Shown piece after piece: positions 35,148-47,111 of a DNA stretch of 64,000 bases. The position numbers and the translations under genes are program-made. The notes below the pieces were generated by a model. It worked only from the letters and a program-made list of their open reading frames with translations, made no database searches and was not told the origin of the DNA. The stretch lies in assembly GCA_964019335.1 (NCBI GenBank), contig OZ025648.1, forward strand, positions 992,001 to 1,056,000, written 5' to 3'. Every line of letters starts with the position of its first letter. Within the stretch, counting starts at the first letter, position 1. The DNA comes from Diplonema japonicum. Its lineage: Eukaryota > Protista > Euglenozoa: Diplonemea.

Positions 35148-35670
35148 ATCTAGGGGGGGGAAATTGCATTTACACTAGCATTTTTTTTTGTTGTTGTATT
35201 AGCACAAAAAAAAAAGAAAACGTATCGTGGGGGGGGGGGGTTATATATTTTGTTTTTTTTTTATTTTCGTGCGAAAGAAAAAAAAAAGAAAGGGCTTTTC
35301 TAATTTTTTTTTGTCGTTGAAAGGACGCCTCTATAGTTTGGGGGATAGGATAGCATGATGAGAGCAGGGGGGGGCCAGTCTCACAACCCCCCTCCCTGAC
35401 AAAATTAGACTGGTCTACTCGTTTTTAATCAACTGTATCTCTATCTCTTCTACTAGACGTCACAAGTGAGCCTATTTATTCACGATTGATGAGCAAAAAA
35501 AAAAAAAGAAAAAAAAAAAAAAAAGAACTGGGCAGCGCAACAGGGTTACCTTAGGTAGATAATTTGGTACTCCGTTGCATTTTTGTTCGATGGGTCTACC
35601 CCATTAAAAGTGATTTTCGATTTTCTTTTTTTTTTTTTTTCTCTCTCTCTCTCCCTCTTTTTTTTTTTTA

Positions 35671-36766
35671 CTATGGAGGACGGCCAAGGACCCGCTCATG
35701 TCCTACAGCCTGAGACGAGTGATCGCAGGAGGGGTTCCCTACCTAAACCCGCACGCAAATGCGAACCGAAAGAGCGTCCCACTGGCGCCTGAAGGTGACG
35801 ACAACGGTGACGACGAGGAGAACATGGGCCAGGCACCAACGACGGAGGTATCGCACACGCAAGGATTCAGATGCGACCTGTGCAAGTCACCACACCCGGA
35901 CACGGTGACCTTACTCCGCCATCAGCTGTATGAGTGCGCCTGTGCACAAGAGGAGCTGGCACTAGACGGAATGGAGCCGTTGCGCAACAGATCAGGATGG
36001 CCCCTATGTCTGGAGCTGCACGCGATACTGCCGAGGGGGCATGTCTTCGCACACCTGGAGAAGCTGCAGCGATACATGGCTGTGGTGGTCGGGAAACGGG
36101 ATGTGGAGCTCATGCAAATAGACAACGCCAGCACACAGCCGCTGCCGTGGGTACGCGATGTGGAGGGAAGGAGATGCCTCGTGCCGACGGCGGGGGAGCT
36201 CGAAGGAGTGGGAGGAATCGTCGCAGAATTCTTGAACCCGCTGCTGCAGTGGTTGTCACAGCTACGATGGGTGAAGGAGGACACCAGCTCTGAAGTGTCA
36301 GCGGTGGAATTGGCCATCGACTTCGAATGGACGACAGGCAAGTTACTGGGAGGTCTGCTGGAAGATATGGCTCGCAAGATCAAAGCACTGATAAGAAAGC
36401 TGAACGCGGCATGCAGAGCACGGAAGAAGCCACGCCCCTTCCCGGCGGATGAACAGAAGAGAGTGAAGTCCCTCATCGCAATAGGTGGGAAAACGACTAT
36501 GGGTTTCGCCAGGAGGCCCATCTTCGCCACCCACTCCACGCACGACAAGCTGATGGAACTGAAAGCCGCTTACAAGCGAGACCGCATCACGCGACTCCGC
36601 AAGACGCTCAAGGCCTCGATTGGAACGAAAGCAATGCTCCAGAAGGGGAGTATAAATAGATAGCCCCCCCAACCCACCCAAGGGCGGCCCTCCATGAGGG
36701 GGTTTGTCCTGCACTTTGAGTTTTTTTCCCTTTTTTTTCTATCCGCTGTAAGAAGCGGGAAAAAAA

Positions 36767-36798
<32 letters not shown>

Positions 36799-36805
36799 AA
36801 AAAAA
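35671..36805 (+). mobile_element. 5'-truncated non-LTR retrotransposon (LINE-like)
   Basis: Open frame from 35671 to 36663 with a CCHC knuckle (CDLC...HQLYEC), a poly(A) tail at 36760-36805, and a candidate TSD CTC(T)12A / CTC(T)10A. Confidence 0.75.
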
Positions 36806-38090
36806 CTCTTTTTTTTTTATTCTTCAATTCATATTTTTGAAAAAGAGGAGGAAAAAAACAAACAAACAAAAAAAAAAAAAAAAAACATTAAAGAAACAGA
36901 GGGGGGAAAACTTTTGCGCAGCATGTAAACTTACAGCTAAGTCCATCTTGGGCCTTTTTAGGCGATCCTGTCACATACTGCAGGTTCCCTTCAAGACATC
37001 TTTTTCTTCTTCTTCTTCTTCTCCCTCCCCCCCCTTTTGTTACTGAAGTGAAAAGTGCCAAGCAAGACTATTTTTTTCTGTCCAGGCATTCTTCCTTTTT
37101 TTTTTCTTTTTTTTTTTTTGTTTTAACAATATTATTGTCGAGACTAAAAACTAGTTGATGGCAGCGTAATGAGCTATTTTATTAGGTAAAATTCCGCTCG
37201 TGCGCACAAACAAATGGAGCGCCAAACTAGTTTTTTCTTTTTTTTTTTTTTTACGCATTTCTAAATATGTAGTTGGACTGTCTAATGTTCGAGCCTTTTT
37301 TTTTTCTTTTTTTTTTTTGTAGCTTTTCACTTTTTCTTTTACAGTTTATTTTGTTTTCGTCACTTTTCCTTTTTTTGCAAATGGATAAGGGAAAAAAAAA
37401 AAAAAGAAAAAAAAAAAAAAAAAAAAAAAGAGGTAACGCCAAGCCCTCTTGGGTCCTGTCATTGTCTTCGCCAGATCGCCATTTAGGATTTTAATTGAAC
37501 AATTCAGGTAACAACAAGCCTCCCAAGGAAAAAAAAAAGGAGAAAAAAAGGGGGAGGTTGGGCGACAATCTGTTACAGAATGTGATTAGGTCCAGTTTTC
37601 TTAAATTTTTTTAATGTAATCGTTGCACGCAAACAATAAAAGGAAACGAAAAAAAAGGGGGGGGGGGATAATATGGTAAAAGACTGTTCTCTGCTATTTC
37701 GTCACAGAAAAAAAAGAAAAAAAACGAAACAAAAAATACAAAAAGAGGAGGGGGGGGGGGGGGGGGATGTAAATAGCCCCCTTGGAAATTCTATTAATTA
37801 TGGTTCGGAATGAACCAGAAAGAAAGCAGAAAAAAAAAAGAAGAAAAAAAAAACTAAAAGTTTAGTGAGCGGCCTCTTGCTTCTTTTAATACCTTTTCGT
37901 TTAAAAAGAAAGTCTGAAAATACTTCGCACAAACACGCATGCAAGAAGCGAAGGTTTTTTTTATGCAACAAAAAAATATCTGAAAACTTTTACTGATCAT
38001 ATATTTTTTTCTTTTTTTCACCCCCCCTCCTCCGATAAGCACTGGTGATTTATGCCAATTCATGGAAATTGGAACTTTTTATATTATATA

Positions 38091-38883
38091 CTGTAAAACG
38101 AAAAATCACCGGACTGGCCGACCGGATGATTTTTCCTTTCCGGACATTTACAGCTTTCATGGGAGCTTTGGAGAGTGGGAAGGATGAAGAGCAGGAGGAA
38201 TGGGACTGGGGAGGACCGTTTTCCGTTTGTTCTTCGTATTCGTCAGTCGAAATGTTCCCTCCTCCGTCTCGGCAAAGACTTGCTGAGGCTGACAGACAGC
38301 AAGTGCAAGGGCGTATCGTAGCTTGCCCATCCCAATCCCTTTTTAATTTTATTTTTGCCATTCTTTAAAAACTCTTGCCACAGAAGCAAAAGTTCTTCTG
38401 AGAAACATGCAGCGGACATTTCTTGGGACAGGGTAGAGGTAGCCCTGGGCCCCTTAAATAGGTGTAAAGAAGCCCTGGCGCGACCGGATGATTTCCCTTC
38501 CGGTAATTTTCGTTTTTTTTTTTCTTGGGTGGTGGGGATAACATGGAAATATAAGAAGTACATCAGATGTGTTGTTCGCTGTTGACCTCCTCGTCGGTCA
38601 TCACCGGTAGCGCCCGAGTGGAAGAACGTAACGCAGATGCTCAGGGTGACGAACAGGCAGCAAACTGCACGAGCGCAGAATCTTGGTTACCCGGGACGCC
38701 CCGGCTAGGGTTGAGCACACCGCACGCATTAAGGACACGACGCGGAACGCAAAAGAAGCTACAACTCGGCCGGGGAGCGCCCCCTGTAATCAAGTAGGTA
38801 GTTCGTGCTTCATTGCACGCTTAACGCCACCTAGTGTTGCAATCAAAGCCCCATTTCTTTTTTTCTTTTTTTTTTTTTTACAG
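38091..38883. mobile_element. pogo-related MITE whose right TIR is split by a ~350-bp insertion
   Basis: Left end TA|CTGTAAAACGAAAAATCACCGG. The right TIR starts CCGGTAATTTTCGTTTT at about 38500 and finishes TTTTACAG|TA at 38883. Confidence 0.6.
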
Positions 38884-38887
38884 TATA

Positions 38888-39911
38888 CGAGCTCGTCCGG
38901 ACGAAAATGTCAACACTTTTTTGGGCACCTCCGAAAATTTCTTGTTTTGATTATTTGAGCAAAAAAAAGGGCAGCATGCAACCATAGGAAGATGACATAC
39001 ATGGTGTACATGACACCATTCTTTCAATTGCGATGCTTGTTTTGCCATGAGGGTGGCAGGCTTTGCAACCGGCTGCCCCGGGAAGCGAAAAATAGAGGTC
39101 AAAAAAACGGCGAAAAATGTAAAATGCAATTTCATTGCTTAAAATGCAGCATCTAGGGTGCATAAAATTGGTGATCAAGCGCACTTGTGACCCCTGGGTA
39201 CAACCCAGGGTCGGGTTACTGTTAAAAGTACTTAGCGAAAAATATATGGCGCCGCATAGCCCCCGAGAATCCGGGTTTTTACACCCTATTTTTTGGCTTT
39301 TTCAAGGGGTTCCTAAGGGATTTTGGCCTTTTTCAGAAAAACCAATTCTTAACACTTGCCTGCTCATGCAGAGCTTCGGCATTGGTATCTTTGGGGTCAA
39401 ACTTTCATTACCCATCTGCTGAGGTTTTTCCTTTTCTTTTGCACTCATAATACTTTAAAAGTGAAAATTTTGCTTTTTTAAGGGGTTTTAAAGGGATTTT
39501 AGCCTTAAATAGGCCAAAATGGCACTGTAAGGGTAAGTTCTCCCCACCCCATTTTAATAGTGATTTAGAGTCCAGCCCACCCAAAATGACCCCAAAGGTT
39601 TCACAGATTTTCAATCTGCGTCCATCCTCCGGTTGTTTTTCATGGAAAAACGAAAATAAAAAATGGAGTCTGGGTTATTTGTAACTTCCAAATTGAATCG
39701 TTTGCCAAAAACCATTCTAAAAAACATGTTGTTGCACGTGCGTTTTAAAAATAAAACAAACGGCGAGCATTTTAACCTATATGGTGTTCAAGCTTAGACG
39801 GCATTTCTGCACACAAAGTGGTGTCGGACTACTTTTCTACTTAGAAATTTAACGGGGGTTTTCCGCCGCATAGGAGGGTCATTTATTGACATTCTTTTCC
39901 GGACGAGCTCA
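38888..39911. mobile_element. ~1-kb non-autonomous TA-flanked element, copy 2
   Basis: TA|CGAGCTCGTCCGGACGAAAATGTCAA...TTGACATTCTTTTCCGGACGAGCTCA|TA. Near-identical to 17202-18217. Confidence 0.85.
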
Positions 39912-40012
39912 TATAAAGATTTTTTTTTTTCCTCCTCGAAAAACACAATAAAAAAAGAAAAGAAAAAAACAGAATCCTGGCCCCCCACATCCCTCCACCC
40001 ACCTCCCCCCCC

Positions 40013-41727
40013 ATGAAGCACGGGAATGGGCCGCGGATCCCATTGCTTATCGAGGAAGAAATTCTGGCGGAAGAGAGCACCGGGAGCAGTGTGGAATCAA
40101 GAGGCGATGAATTAACAAACACAAAAATACTTCGGGATATAATAAAGAAGAAGAACACCGTGATGACCTTCCAGCAAGCGGCACAAGACAAGTGGAGAGT
40201 ACGCAAGGATCAACAAATCTGCGCCACAAGCTTAGCATGCCTTCTACTCATAGTGGTGCAGAATGTACTGATATGGCAGTTCGCACACGGAGGAGATCCC
40301 GACGATAATGGAGTTGATGTACGACAAGAAGACCACCCCACCTTGTTCGTGGTGGTGTGGTGCATGAACAGTGCAATGATGCTGCTTACCGTGATGTCTT
40401 TAGTGTTTTTGGGGCAGTATTACAGGGCTTCATATGTGACTAAACAGCAGGACTGGATGCAACAAATGGGCGATGGTATAGATGAACCCACGGGGCTCCC
40501 TCCTTCCGCTTGCAAGCTTTTCACCCGTTTCGCTGTCGAGGTGACGATTCAGCTTATTTACCCGTTTCCGTTCATTCCGAGGTCTTCCTTTCTGTACCAG
40601 CTCCTCCTCATAGGGATGTTCTTCAGGCTTTACATCGTTCTGCGTGTGCTGCACACGAGCAGTCACGCGTTCCGCCGCCGTGCTCAGATCAGATCGCAGT
40701 ATCAGGATTTTCGTAGGATGAACCTGAAAATCTCTTGGGACCTAACCATTAAAATGGCGTTCTATAAATATATGTGGGCGATGGTGTCGGTATCCACGTT
40801 GCTCATCATCTTCGTGCTCGCGTTCTGTCTGTACGTGTTGGAGCGGGAGGCGAGGGATACACAGGTAATGATAGAAACGGGAGGGAAATTTAAAAAAAAA
40901 AAAAAGGGACTCCATTCCGGTTTTTCCGATATCGGCGGTTGCCTGTGGTTCTCCTTCATTACGTTCAGCACAATAGGATACGGCGACATGGTTCCAAGGG
41001 TATTTAAAAAAAAAAAAAAAGAAATAGCTAATGACTTTACCGTTACCTCGAGGTTCCGCATTTTACCGTCGAGGGCCCGAGATGGTAAAATGCGGAACCG
41101 AGAGGTCGGTAAAGCATTACTTGGCGGTAGGTAAGTGGTTTTATTTCACGACACTCTGAAATTACTTCACGAGGGGCACAAAGGGGTGACAAGGGGTACA
41201 ACAAGAGAGGGGTTACAAAGGTTACAATACAAGTTGTTTTTCCTCCTTTTGTTGACTAAGAGCTGCCGCTGTCGCTGGCATTGCCACTGTCACCATCTCT
41301 AATCAGGCCTTCCCATACCTGGCGCGGCCGCTGGCTCCTTTTTTTCTGCTGCTTCGGTATTTTGAAGTCTTTTGGGGAGCTTGGGTAAGCTGACTAAGTT
41401 ACCCTTGCCCGCAGAAGAGTTACCCCCAGAAACTAGGAACAAGGCCTAGCCAAAAGTGGGCAAATTGGGAGGAAAAAGTAGTCCAACTTGGAACTGAGCC
41501 GAGGCAAAAGTTGGCCAATGAACCTGGGGGGAAATTAGCAAACTGAGAGGAAAAAGTAGCCCCACTGGGAACCGAACCGAGGCAAAAATTGGCCTACTAA
41601 GGCATATTATTTACCGGAAACCCCCTATTACTTCACGGAAAACAGGCTATTATTTCACCGTGAAGTAATGAGATTTAGCGTGAAGTAATGGGCCCCCCAG
41701 TGCGTGAAGTAATTTCTGAAGAGTGAA

Positions 41728-41760
<33 letters not shown>

Positions 41761-43037
41761 ACACTCAGACCCCAGCCGGGAAGGTTGTAACAGTCCTCCT
41801 TGGTGTTCTGGGCCACCTTGTCATCGCGACCTTCGGTGGTGTCGTGACGAATAAGCTCACCCCCACCAAAACCCAACAGCTCATGACGGAGTACGTTGAA
41901 AACCAGGACGCGGAGGCTAATTACAAACGGGCAGCGGCAACGCTTATCCAGTCCGTGTGGCGGGCGTGCCTTGCAAGAAGGCGGGCGGAGCGCAACATAT
42001 GGTCCAGCGACAGGGAAAGCAACAAGATTCGACAGCGAAACCGAGAGCAGGTCAGACAGGCCGTGAAACGCTTCATGCAGAGGAGATACCAACTAGCAAA
42101 GTCATCCCTGCAAGCCATCGACCCTGTCGTTGACCAAAAACTTGATTTAATGAACAACATGCTAGAGGCCCACGGTGATATTCTGAACAAACTTGTAGGA
42201 TTGCTTGACTGTGCATCAACCGCTAACCCGGGATCGCCTTTAATGAGTACTATGCAACTGACCAGAAAATCTGGCAACAACCTCTTCAGCGGATCGTTCG
42301 GACGGACTAATTCACCGTCGCAAAGACGGGCGACGCCATTTAGAAAGGGCTCCGCAAGACGTTCAAACAGCATTACAGGGTTTCAAATGGCGTTTGGAGA
42401 TAGAAAACCGCCTAGTCCGACCGCTCTCTTGATACCTGGGAATGATGTTAACCCTAGTATTGATATCACACCTATACCCATATTGAAGACACCCCCTTCG
42501 AAGCCTGCTTCTCTTTTTGAAGGTGCGTCTTCTTCGAACAAACAGCTTTTGCGTGTTGATGATGAGAGTTTTCTTGATGCGTTGCGGCTTCATTCTACAG
42601 AAACGCTGCCTGTGCAAGGGGTTATGGAGGAAGACGAGGAGGAGGAAGAGGAGGAAGTTTTGGATCCCATAGAAGATTCAATTTGTGCGACCGATCTTCT
42701 CCCCATAGCTGTCGGGCGTCCACCGGAACAGTCGGGTGGGAATCCGTTGGTGTTGAATGTTGCGAAGGGTCCTCCTGAGGTGCGGGTGGCGACGGGGGGC
42801 TTGCCGCGAAGCCCTCGAATGAGCAATTCAAACAAAAAGAATTTTGGTAAACAGCCGTCCAAGGTGGCACATCAGCTCCCAACATCGCCCCTCCTCCCCC
42901 CTGTGCCATTGTTCGATGTTTGTTCCCTTGCGTCCGTTAATTCTGCGAGTTCTGGTGGCACACTACAAGCCCCTGTGCGGCGGAAGAGTGCGTTCGTTGA
43001 CAACCCGAGACAATCCCGGAATTTTGATGAATTATAA
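40013..43037 (+). CDS. SK/KCNN-like 6TM potassium channel; introns 40865-40906 and 41000-41768
   Basis: S4-like MFFRLYIVLRVL, pore LWFSFITFSTIGYGDMVPR|TPAGK, S6, and an IQ-like motif ATLIQSVWRACLARR. Confidence 0.88.
41139..41733. mobile_element. Intronic TIR element with subterminal repeats
   Basis: Ends TTTTATTTCAC..GAAATTACTTCACG and CGTGAAGTAATTTC..GTGAAATAAAA. The 11-mer CGTGAAGTAAT recurs near the right end in both orientations. An internal ~45-bp direct repeat begins GAGGAAAAAGTAG. Confidence 0.55.
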
Positions 43038-43821
43038 GTTTTTTTTTTTTTGTTGTATAGTGAATTATTGAGGAATTAAAAAAAAAAAATATAGAGGGGG
43101 GTTTTTTTTTTGTAGGATGCCAAGTAGCCCACATTCCCCTTCCCCTTCCCCACCATGCATAGTTTGTCGTAGTCCTTTTTTCTTTTTTTTGAAATCCATT
43201 TTATTGCAACCTTGTGTATTCTTCCTCTTTTTTTTTTTATTCTCTTAATGCCACGTTGTGTAATTTTGTTTTTCTTCTTTTTTTTTTTTTTTTTTGGGAA
43301 AGAAACAGTGATACAGGGGAAAAAAAAAAAGAAGAAGAAAGAGCAAACAAAAAGAAAAAAGGAGAAGAAGAAAAAAAAGAAAAAGTCTTTTTTTTCCCCC
43401 CCTCTTCAAATCCGTGGCAAAAAACCAAAAGTTAAATTTAAAAAAAAAAAAAAGTAATTCTCGAAAAAAAAGATGAATGAAAAAAAAAAACTTTTTTTCC
43501 CCTCCCGCTGGAGCGGCCAACAAGGCTTCTTGTAAGGTCATTTTGTCAAACGAAATTTGGTATCTTCGTCTGAGACTTCTTTTTCCCCCCCCCCCTATTT
43601 TCTCTCTTTTTTTCTTTGGTGGTGAGGGGTCTTTGATTACCATATTTCCTCCTCCCCATCTGCATGTCGAAGTATAGCATCCCAGACCACTGTTTATATT
43701 CTTTTACCCCCCCCCCCCCACCCCCTCGCACAAATGCAAAAGAAAAAAAAAAAAAAAACCGCACACAGGGAGGACAGGGTGTGACCGGAGGGGAACACCT
43801 GTCAAAAAAAAAAAAAAAAAA

Positions 43822-45558
43822 ATGGCAGAAAACTGTGTCTCACCATCGTGCATGCAAAGCGGAAAGGTCAAAAAGACAGCGTACACGTACTGGGTGCAAG
43901 GCGTGCCTTCAAGCGATCTGTGGAATATGTTCACCGACGAAGGATGGCACAAGATCGACTTGGAAGAAGGGAAGGCGCCCTTCTTCAGCAGGTTTCGAAG
44001 AACATGCCGGTCGTCCTTAGTGAAACTGGCGCATATCAGACCGTTTCCGTACGCCACTTGCCTGGCACACTGTTGCGATAAGAAGCAATTCTACTCATCG
44101 ATGACCGCAGCCGGCTACAGCAGATCAGTCCCCGAAACATATTTCTCGTACGAAAGCTTACGCAAAATGGAGACAAAAGACCGCCCGAACACAGGAGAGG
44201 TGTGGTACGTGAAAACATCAGACGGCTGCCACGGGAGGGGCGTGCAGGTATTCGACGATTTCCGGGAGTTAAAATCCCACGTGAGGTCCCTCCACAACGA
44301 GCCTTACGTAATACAAAGGGGTGTGTCCCAGCTCCATTTGGTAGGAGGGAAGAAGTGGACAGTACGAACTCATGTCCTCATAACCCCTGATCTGCAGCTG
44401 TACTCACACAACAACGGTGTTATTATTATCCACAGTGAGGAGTACAAGGAAGGAAGCCTTGAACGGGCTGCTCAGATTCTTCACAACAGTAAAGCTACGC
44501 GTTACAGTCTGCTAGACGGGCCTGTGAAACATCTCCTCCCGCACATCATGCCGCAGATCAACAAGATCTCGTTCCAGATTTGCAACAGTATTAGGACGAA
44601 GCTTTACAAGGCGGTGAACGGTCCCTCGCAACACTCGCAGTCGCCCTGTTACTACGCGTTGATGGGGCTCGACTTCATCGTTGATTCGTCAAAGACTGTC
44701 CACTGCCTGGAGGTGAATGAATTCCCGCAATTTGATTTCAGCTCAGAACCCGCTGCACATGAGGTTGTTGTTGATACTTTTAAAGACTTCCTTTCATTGG
44801 TGGTGTTCCCAAGAGCAACACCACTATGCGGGGTAGAACCGAAGCAAGGAGGATGGGTACTGCTCCCACCATTGGATTTCTCGCAGGACGATGCACCTCA
44901 AGACAGCATGCTGGAGAAGTCCATGAGCAAGAAGAGGAGATCGTCAGCATTGCCGCACAGCACAGACGCCGAGAAGAAGATGTTCCACGTGAAGGAGATG
45001 TCGAAGACAATGGAGTTAAAAGAAAAGGCTGTCAAGGAGAAGGAAAGAACCATGGCTACCCCACCTGTAAGCCCTTTGAAAATGGCGTCACCACCAACAA
45101 GCCCTCTGCAAAGAAAGATGTCAAGAAGGGAGGTGAGTTCCACCGTTACAACAGTTACGGAGACCGTAACTGTGGAGGAGAGCAGTACTGTTCCGTATGA
45201 GAATTTGAAGGAGAAACATGCGGAAGTAGGGCTTCCTGCCGCCCTGCGTTCTGTGGAAGACAAGCCGAAAAGGTCATTACCACCACCAATACCACCCCCT
45301 ATGTACATTCCAAAGAAAACTAGCAACAGGCAAACATTGAAGCTCCACCGTGTAGGGGTCCGCTCTTCGGGCCAGAACCACAACCACAACGTGAACAAGC
45401 CGCATTATCACAATTACAGTAATACACAGAACAACCTGTGGCCTGCACCTACATACAGCCATGAACCCACCGCTGGGAAGATAAGGAACATGTTGTACAG
45501 CCTGGATGCGATGTCTTCTTGTAAGGTGAAAAAACCCATTAAGTATGAGGGGTTATGA
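43822..45558 (+). CDS. Tubulin-tyrosine ligase (TTL/TTLL) family ATP-grasp protein
   Basis: WYVKTSDGCHGRGVQV, YVIQRGV, KKWTVRTHVL, LMGLDFIVD and CLEVN motifs. Confidence 0.87.
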   Translation: MAENCVSPSCMQSGKVKKTAYTYWVQGVPSSDLWNMFTDEGWHKIDLEEGKAPFFSRFRRTCRSSLVKLAHIRPFPYATCLAHCCDKKQFYSSMTAAGYSRSVPETYFSYESLRKMETKDRPNTGEVWYVKTSDGCHGRGVQVFDDFRELKSHVRSLHNEPYVIQRGVSQLHLVGGKKWTVRTHVLITPDLQLYSHNNGVIIIHSEEYKEGSLERAAQILHNSKATRYSLLDGPVKHLLPHIMPQINKISFQICNSIRTKLYKAVNGPSQHSQSPCYYALMGLDFIVDSSKTVHCLEVNEFPQFDFSSEPAAHEVVVDTFKDFLSLVVFPRATPLCGVEPKQGGWVLLPPLDFSQDDAPQDSMLEKSMSKKRRSSALPHSTDAEKKMFHVKEMSKTMELKEKAVKEKERTMATPPVSPLKMASPPTSPLQRKMSRREVSSTVTTVTETVTVEESSTVPYENLKEKHAEVGLPAALRSVEDKPKRSLPPPIPPPMYIPKKTSNRQTLKLHRVGVRSSGQNHNHNVNKPHYHNYSNTQNNLWPAPTYSHEPTAGKIRNMLYSLDAMSSCKVKKPIKYEGL

Positions 45559-46352
45559 GGAAAGATAGGGGGGGGGGGGGGGGGGGGAGAAGAAAAAAAA
45601 ACAGAAACTGGATCAGACATGACATACAACCAAGAGAATCACCTTCGTGCAAATAGGAAAAGGATGGGGGGGGGGTAAAATGAAACCTGAAGAATTCTTT
45701 GGTTTACACCGAGGAGGAGAGATTTTTTTTTTGGGAGGACACCGCTTTGTTGCGGGTTGCCCCCCGGTTTTTTCTGGAAGGAACTATGGCAGAAAATGAA
45801 AAAAAAGAAGAAAAAAAAAGCCTTGTTATTATTACGTATACTCATACATGTTCACAATATAAAATCAAATAAGGTATGCTCTTTTTTTTCTCTCCTTCCT
45901 CTCTTTCTTGTCCTTTGCTTCTTTTATGCTTTTTGCTCCCCTGTCTCTGTTGCACTTTCTCTTAAGAAGGCGGGTAAGGGAGGAGACTCCTCTCTTTTCC
46001 CGTCTCTTTCGCCTCCTCCCCTTTCTTCCCCCCCCCCCCCCCCATCCCTTTCCTCCTTCATGTATGATCAATGGCTGCTTACCCGCCTCAGGAAAAAAGA
46101 AAAAAAAAAGGGAATAAAGAAAAGAAGAAAAAAAAAAGAAACCGTCGCATATCTAAATGCCCAAAATACTTTTTTTTTCCTTTTTTTTTTTCTTTCCCCC
46201 CTTTCTTTTTTTTTTTTTTCTTTTCTATTCTTTTTTTCTAGTACGCCACACGGTTTTAAAAATCAAAAAAAATAAGAGAAAACCAGGCTCACGCGCATGG
46301 GGTAAATTCTTTGTAAAAAAAAAGTTTAAAGGAAAAAAAGAAGAAAAAAAAA

Positions 46353-47078
46353 ATGAAGATGGAAGTATGCAAGGAGAAGTGGCGGAACGGCACATGGGAG
46401 TCCAGCAAAGACGACGACGACGATGAACGGATCCCGACACCTCCGCATAAAAAGAAAATGGATGGAATTCAATATTCGCCAGCAAGGGCATCGATGCTGC
46501 CTTTTAAAAACAGCTGCAGCATGCCGGAGAGGAAGAAGAAGGGCAGGTATGCTCGGGTGGGGATATGTTCACAAGACCCGCCGAGCTTAGAAAGTTCATT
46601 AGGAATACACCGCCCGCCATGGGGGTGGTGCTCCACCGGCTGCGGTGACATAGAAGCCGTGAAAAGAGAACAAACCGCTAAACCCGCTCCCGAAGAACTC
46701 CCTCTGATCCATAAAATCAAGAAAAACCCTGCTCTTGGCGAACGCTCAACTGTGTCTGAAGACTTTTCAATGGTGTCTTCCTATGTATCCCCGCGTGGGA
46801 AATCGCAATGGAAAACGGTGTATGATTCCAGCGGTCGGTTAGTGAATGTGTTGAACAGAAAAAGAAACCGACAAAGCAGCGGTTCTGTCCCTGGAACGGT
46901 CAAGACCCTCTCAGATCTCATTGCAGCTTCTACTCCCTCTGGCGCTTCTTCTCCCACAGGCACACCACCGCTTCCCTTCCCATTAAACAACCCCGGTCCC
47001 CAGGTCCCGAAGCCCCGGGGCCTCAAACGAGTGAAGGGGTACAATCATCATGGGCATATTTTTTATGAAGATGCTTAG
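46353..47078 (+). CDS. Hypothetical low-complexity protein
   Basis: 241-aa ORF after an A-tract and followed by a T-tract. Confidence 0.6.
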   Translation: MKMEVCKEKWRNGTWESSKDDDDDERIPTPPHKKKMDGIQYSPARASMLPFKNSCSMPERKKKGRYARVGICSQDPPSLESSLGIHRPPWGWCSTGCGDIEAVKREQTAKPAPEELPLIHKIKKNPALGERSTVSEDFSMVSSYVSPRGKSQWKTVYDSSGRLVNVLNRKRNRQSSGSVPGTVKTLSDLIAASTPSGASSPTGTPPLPFPLNNPGPQVPKPRGLKRVKGYNHHGHIFYEDA

Positions 47079-47111
47079 TGATTTTTTTTTTCTTTTTTTT
47101 TTTTTATGTTA

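Noticed and set aside
35355-35400. ATGATGA...CTGA, a possible C/D snoRNA
   Set aside because: Only about 45 nt, with no terminal stem or recognisable guide sequence.
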